Part shown: one piece after another, positions 61,301 through 64,000 of the stretch
How the letters are laid out: every line of letters starts with the position of its first letter
Numbering within the stretch: position 1 is the first letter of the stretch
Source of the DNA: Botryllus schlosseri
Lineage: Eukaryota
Assembly (NCBI GenBank): GCA_051294905.1
Contig: CM119386.1
Span: forward strand, 13,826,001-13,890,000
DNA: 64,000 bases
Direction: 5' to 3'
Program-made: the position numbers and the translations under genes
The notes under the pieces: generated by a model
The model's input: the letters and a program-made list of their open reading frames with translations, nothing else
Database searches by the model: none
What the model was told of the DNA's origin: nothing

Positions 61301-64000
61301 AAGAATGCAATATATTCACGATCTATGCCATCGAATTCAGAGTAACAATAAAGAAAGACGGGCTGCAGCCCCTGGACACTTCGCCGAAGGAGATAGCATT
61401 CCGACAAACATTCAACTTCTTCTACCGACCTGACTTGAGTGTCGGCTCAGCCGAAGACGACGTGATAACAACCATGAACTTTTTCGCTTTGGTGTGTGAA
61501 AAATCATACATAGACGTAGGGTCGGGTAGTCGAGCTAATATCTACTTTGTACGGTTTCCGGTCAATACCGAGAAAACCATCACCAAGAATGCCATTACTG
61601 AGAACGGACATTACCAAGAATGGTTATGTTCATCACAGAGAATGGACACCACAGAGAATGGACATCGCCGAGAATGGACACCACTGAGAATGATCGTTAC
61701 CGAGAATGCAATATATGCAATGCAGGCATGTTATGCATATGTACATGCCATGTGTATGTGCATCACGGCGTTGCCACATTCGGTGTCGATTCTCAGGTAT
61801 AAATCTCGACAACGTCCGTCCCAGTAAGTTAGATTCTTGGCATTGGCCATTCCCAGTAATGTCCATTATCGGTGGTGTCCATCATCGGTGATGATCATTC
61901 TCGGTGATGATCATTCTCGGTAATGTCCATTCTCGGTAATGTGGTACACGAAAGCATAACCTACCTCAGAATTATACCATAGTATAAAACCAAACACAGC
62001 ATTTTTATCTCAATGTTGCTTGACAAACTAGAATAAGTACAAATGAGTACGGAGAAACGAAGACAAATAGGGACGATGGAAGGCATGCACGTAGGCAGTA
62101 AGATTGAAAACAAACCTCGAATCAATCACAGCCGTCTCTTCCGGGAAGTAACCAGGGATATGATATATGGAGTTCTATAGATATCCCTGGAAGTTACCAA
62201 ACAACCTTAACTCTATAGCGAGTTAATATATACATAGAAAGGATATAGCCGATTGATGATAATAATTGATTAAAATTGGCTCTAAATTGAAATACATAAA
62301 TAAGCGAATACCGTTCAGTCCATTGAAATATTCGATCGACACTCGGGAACAGGGTTTCTGAATTTTGAAATAGGTTCTCTTTTCATGTGTATACACTATA
62401 CACGCCCTATTCGCTAAGAGTTTACTTTCCGACTGCGATTCGTAATCCTTCTTTTTCTTTACCTGTATAGGCACTCCCACCAATGTTGGACCATATATTC
62501 GCCCTCCCCGAAGCTGCAGACATAGACGCTTCTACCAAGGCGGCCGCTTATCTCGCGATTAATGCGGCGATAAGGAGAACAGACTCGAATCTGCTGCTTA
62601 AATACCCAGCGGGAGAGATACTATTCGGCATGAGGGATCCATTGTACGCCGAGCTCGTCGGAATTATCAACAATCTATTTGGCAATACAAGTCTTGCAGA
62701 GGGGATACTCCCCCTGTCGGACGAGTTTGGATTTTTCCAAGTCGTGAGTCTCTGTATTTTATATACTTGATTCCGAAAATTATTAATACAATTCCAATTT
62801 ACATCCTGAATTTATTGCACAATACATTGCATTGGTGAATATCGTTTTGGTAAGTTTATCCATTTACCAAACAATAATATTGACTACAAAATTAGGGCCA
62901 GCATAGACCCACGGAATGATTTTGGCCAAGTTTATTTGGATTGTATACTAATTATTTGTCCTTGCCGATTTTAACTGTAAAGAATTAAATAAATTTAAAA
63001 AAATTGAAGATAGGATAAGTCGCTGAGGTATATCTAACTCTGTATATCCCTGGAGCTGATAAGTAGGGCAAGTTTTTGTTGCAGTCAAATCTGTGGAAAG
63101 TTGCATTTATTTTTCACAAAAGTTGCATTGTTGAAAAGTTGCAAAGTTGAAATTATTAGGATATGAGATACTCGAATCGATCCGTATCCAAGGCACTACA
63201 GCAAAACTCAGCGTTGGCGACTTCAACAAAATCAATGGCCTGAAAATATTGATCCAGTGAAAGAAAATATAATTTTCGGCGGGCTACCTGAATGCACGTC
63301 AAATCTGAAAGGACCCCAAATTTAAACGACAGTTAAATAATCACGCGACCTATTTACATATAGTGCCTAATATTTCTAGTAAAAAGTTAGTTGCATAAAA
63401 AATCGAAAAAACTTGCAAGAACTTTCATGAAAAATCGAAAAAGTTAAAAAAAGTTGGATGAATAAAATGGAGAAAAGTTGCAAGAAGTTGCAATATTAGA
63501 ACCCCCCAAACAGCTTAAAACACCATACTACATAATTCATGGGGATTAAGGAAGCTGCCGAAAGCTGTAAAGAATGTTGCAATAGTTGCAAAAAATTGCC
63601 CTATACTGATAACTGATGTTGCGTGATCAAGGCAATTCTCGTTCTTATATAATCGTCAGATCAGAGTTATAGTTTTGATTGTCCAGACTTTCGACATTTC
63701 AGCTCAATAACAGTATAGGTTGGCACGACTATCAAACTTACACAGGCGAGCCGGAGTATTGGTTAACGAATCTGATTACAACACTAGACGGAAAAACGTA
63801 GGTACAAAATATGTTGTGACTATAACTATCTTACAAGTAATTTGCTATATTATGTTTTTATTAGAAAACTACCGTACTGGTTTGGCGAATCGTGCAATAT
63901 GATCAATGGATCAGGTACAACATGCCTTTTACGAAATTCCGAGAACTTATTATTGCCATTTATTGTGATAAATGTTTTCGATTACTCGCAGACGGCACGG
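55325..64000 (+). CDS. CD36/scavenger receptor class B family protein (SCARB1/SCARB2-LIMP2/CD36-like); 5' part, runs off the window end
   Basis: In-phase exons 55325-55468, 58303-58475, 61341-61491, 62471-62743, 63703-63797, 63865-63914, 63992-64000. Short Cys-rich N-tail plus TM1, then W-x-x-P, FFMMNITN, KPILERKGPYVYR, DVITTMN, LFGMRDPL, FGFF, YTG, LPYWFGESCNMINGSDGT. These are typical CD36-family motifs; the exact ortholog is not resolvable. Confidence 0.92.
55626..56090 (+). mobile_element. hAT-type MITE family E
   Basis: tagggttgcattt...gaatgcaacccta; TSD gccacgat at 55618-55625, recovered at 58251-58258 beyond the nested family D insertion. Confidence 0.85.
56094..58245 (-). mobile_element. 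Non-autonomous hAT-type element family D (inverted copy)
   Basis: tagggttaccatatt...ggacgtatggcaaccctg; TSD ccctagcc/gcctagcc (7/8); interior near 57310-57470 is the reverse complement of about 14420-14545. Confidence 0.85.
56227..57098 (+). mobile_element. hAT MITE family F nested in family D
   Basis: taggggcgggcaac...gttgcccgcccctg; perfect TSD gactagag (56219-56226 and 57099-57106). Confidence 0.9.
58756..60519. mobile_element. hAT-type element family G with (GTATG)n subterminal arrays; contains a family F copy from 59559 to about 60135
   Basis: TIR cagggcatggtatggtatgg...ccataccataccatgccctg; perfect TSD ctttttat (58748-58755 and 60520-60527). Confidence 0.9.
60728..61174 (-). mobile_element. 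hAT MITE family F (inverted)
   Basis: The end at 61095-61174 is the reverse complement of 59559-59630; flanks gcatatgc/acatatgc (7/8). Confidence 0.75.
61560..61945. repeat. Element with inverted arrays of a 17-19-nt unit (ACCGAGAATGGAC...)
   Basis: Forward array at about 61566-61706, reverse-complement array (GTCCATTCTCGGT) at about 61855-61940. Confidence 0.7.
62153..62189. mobile_element. 37-bp TIR-TIR remnant (footprint-like) of the 25337-28354 family
   Basis: CAGGGATAT-gatatat-GGAGTTCTATAGATATCCCTG between gaagtaac (62145-62152) and gaagttac (62190-62197). Confidence 0.7.
63064..63603. mobile_element. TIR MITE with AAAGTTGCA subterminal repeats
   Basis: tagggcaagttttt...aaaaattgcccta; near-duplicated flanks ctgataag/ctgataac (offset by 2 nt). 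Confidence 0.65.

Overview
Eukaryotic genomic DNA, AT-rich, with GT-AG introns that are either very short (56-77 nt) or swollen by transposons. It looks like a compact invertebrate deuterostome genome, most likely ascidian/tunicate-like; this is inference. Three protein-coding genes lie in tandem on the + strand and were assembled by hand with consistent exon phases. (1) The 3' part of a WDFY3/WDFY4 (ALFY/blue cheese) BEACH-WD40 gene: 20 exons, 348-12312, stopping after the last WD40 repeat with no FYVE domain. (2) A complete Slo2/KCNT-family K+ channel gene: 25 exons, 18642-53356, about 1141 aa. It has candidate alternative first exons, a candidate mutually exclusive S4 exon and a non-canonical Na+-sensor motif. 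(3) The 5' part of a CD36/SCARB-family scavenger receptor gene, 55325 to the window end. Introns and spacers carry many non-autonomous TIR elements, most with verifiable 8-bp target-site duplications (TSDs) and often nested 2-3 deep. There is also a P-element-like insertion with a matching 37-bp footprint-like remnant, and two tRNA-derived SINE-like elements. No intact transposase, rRNA, functional tRNA or CRISPR array was found. Most short ORFs in the supplied track are intronic, antisense or repeat-derived. Comparisons to human or rat proteins are from memory and need confirming by alignment.
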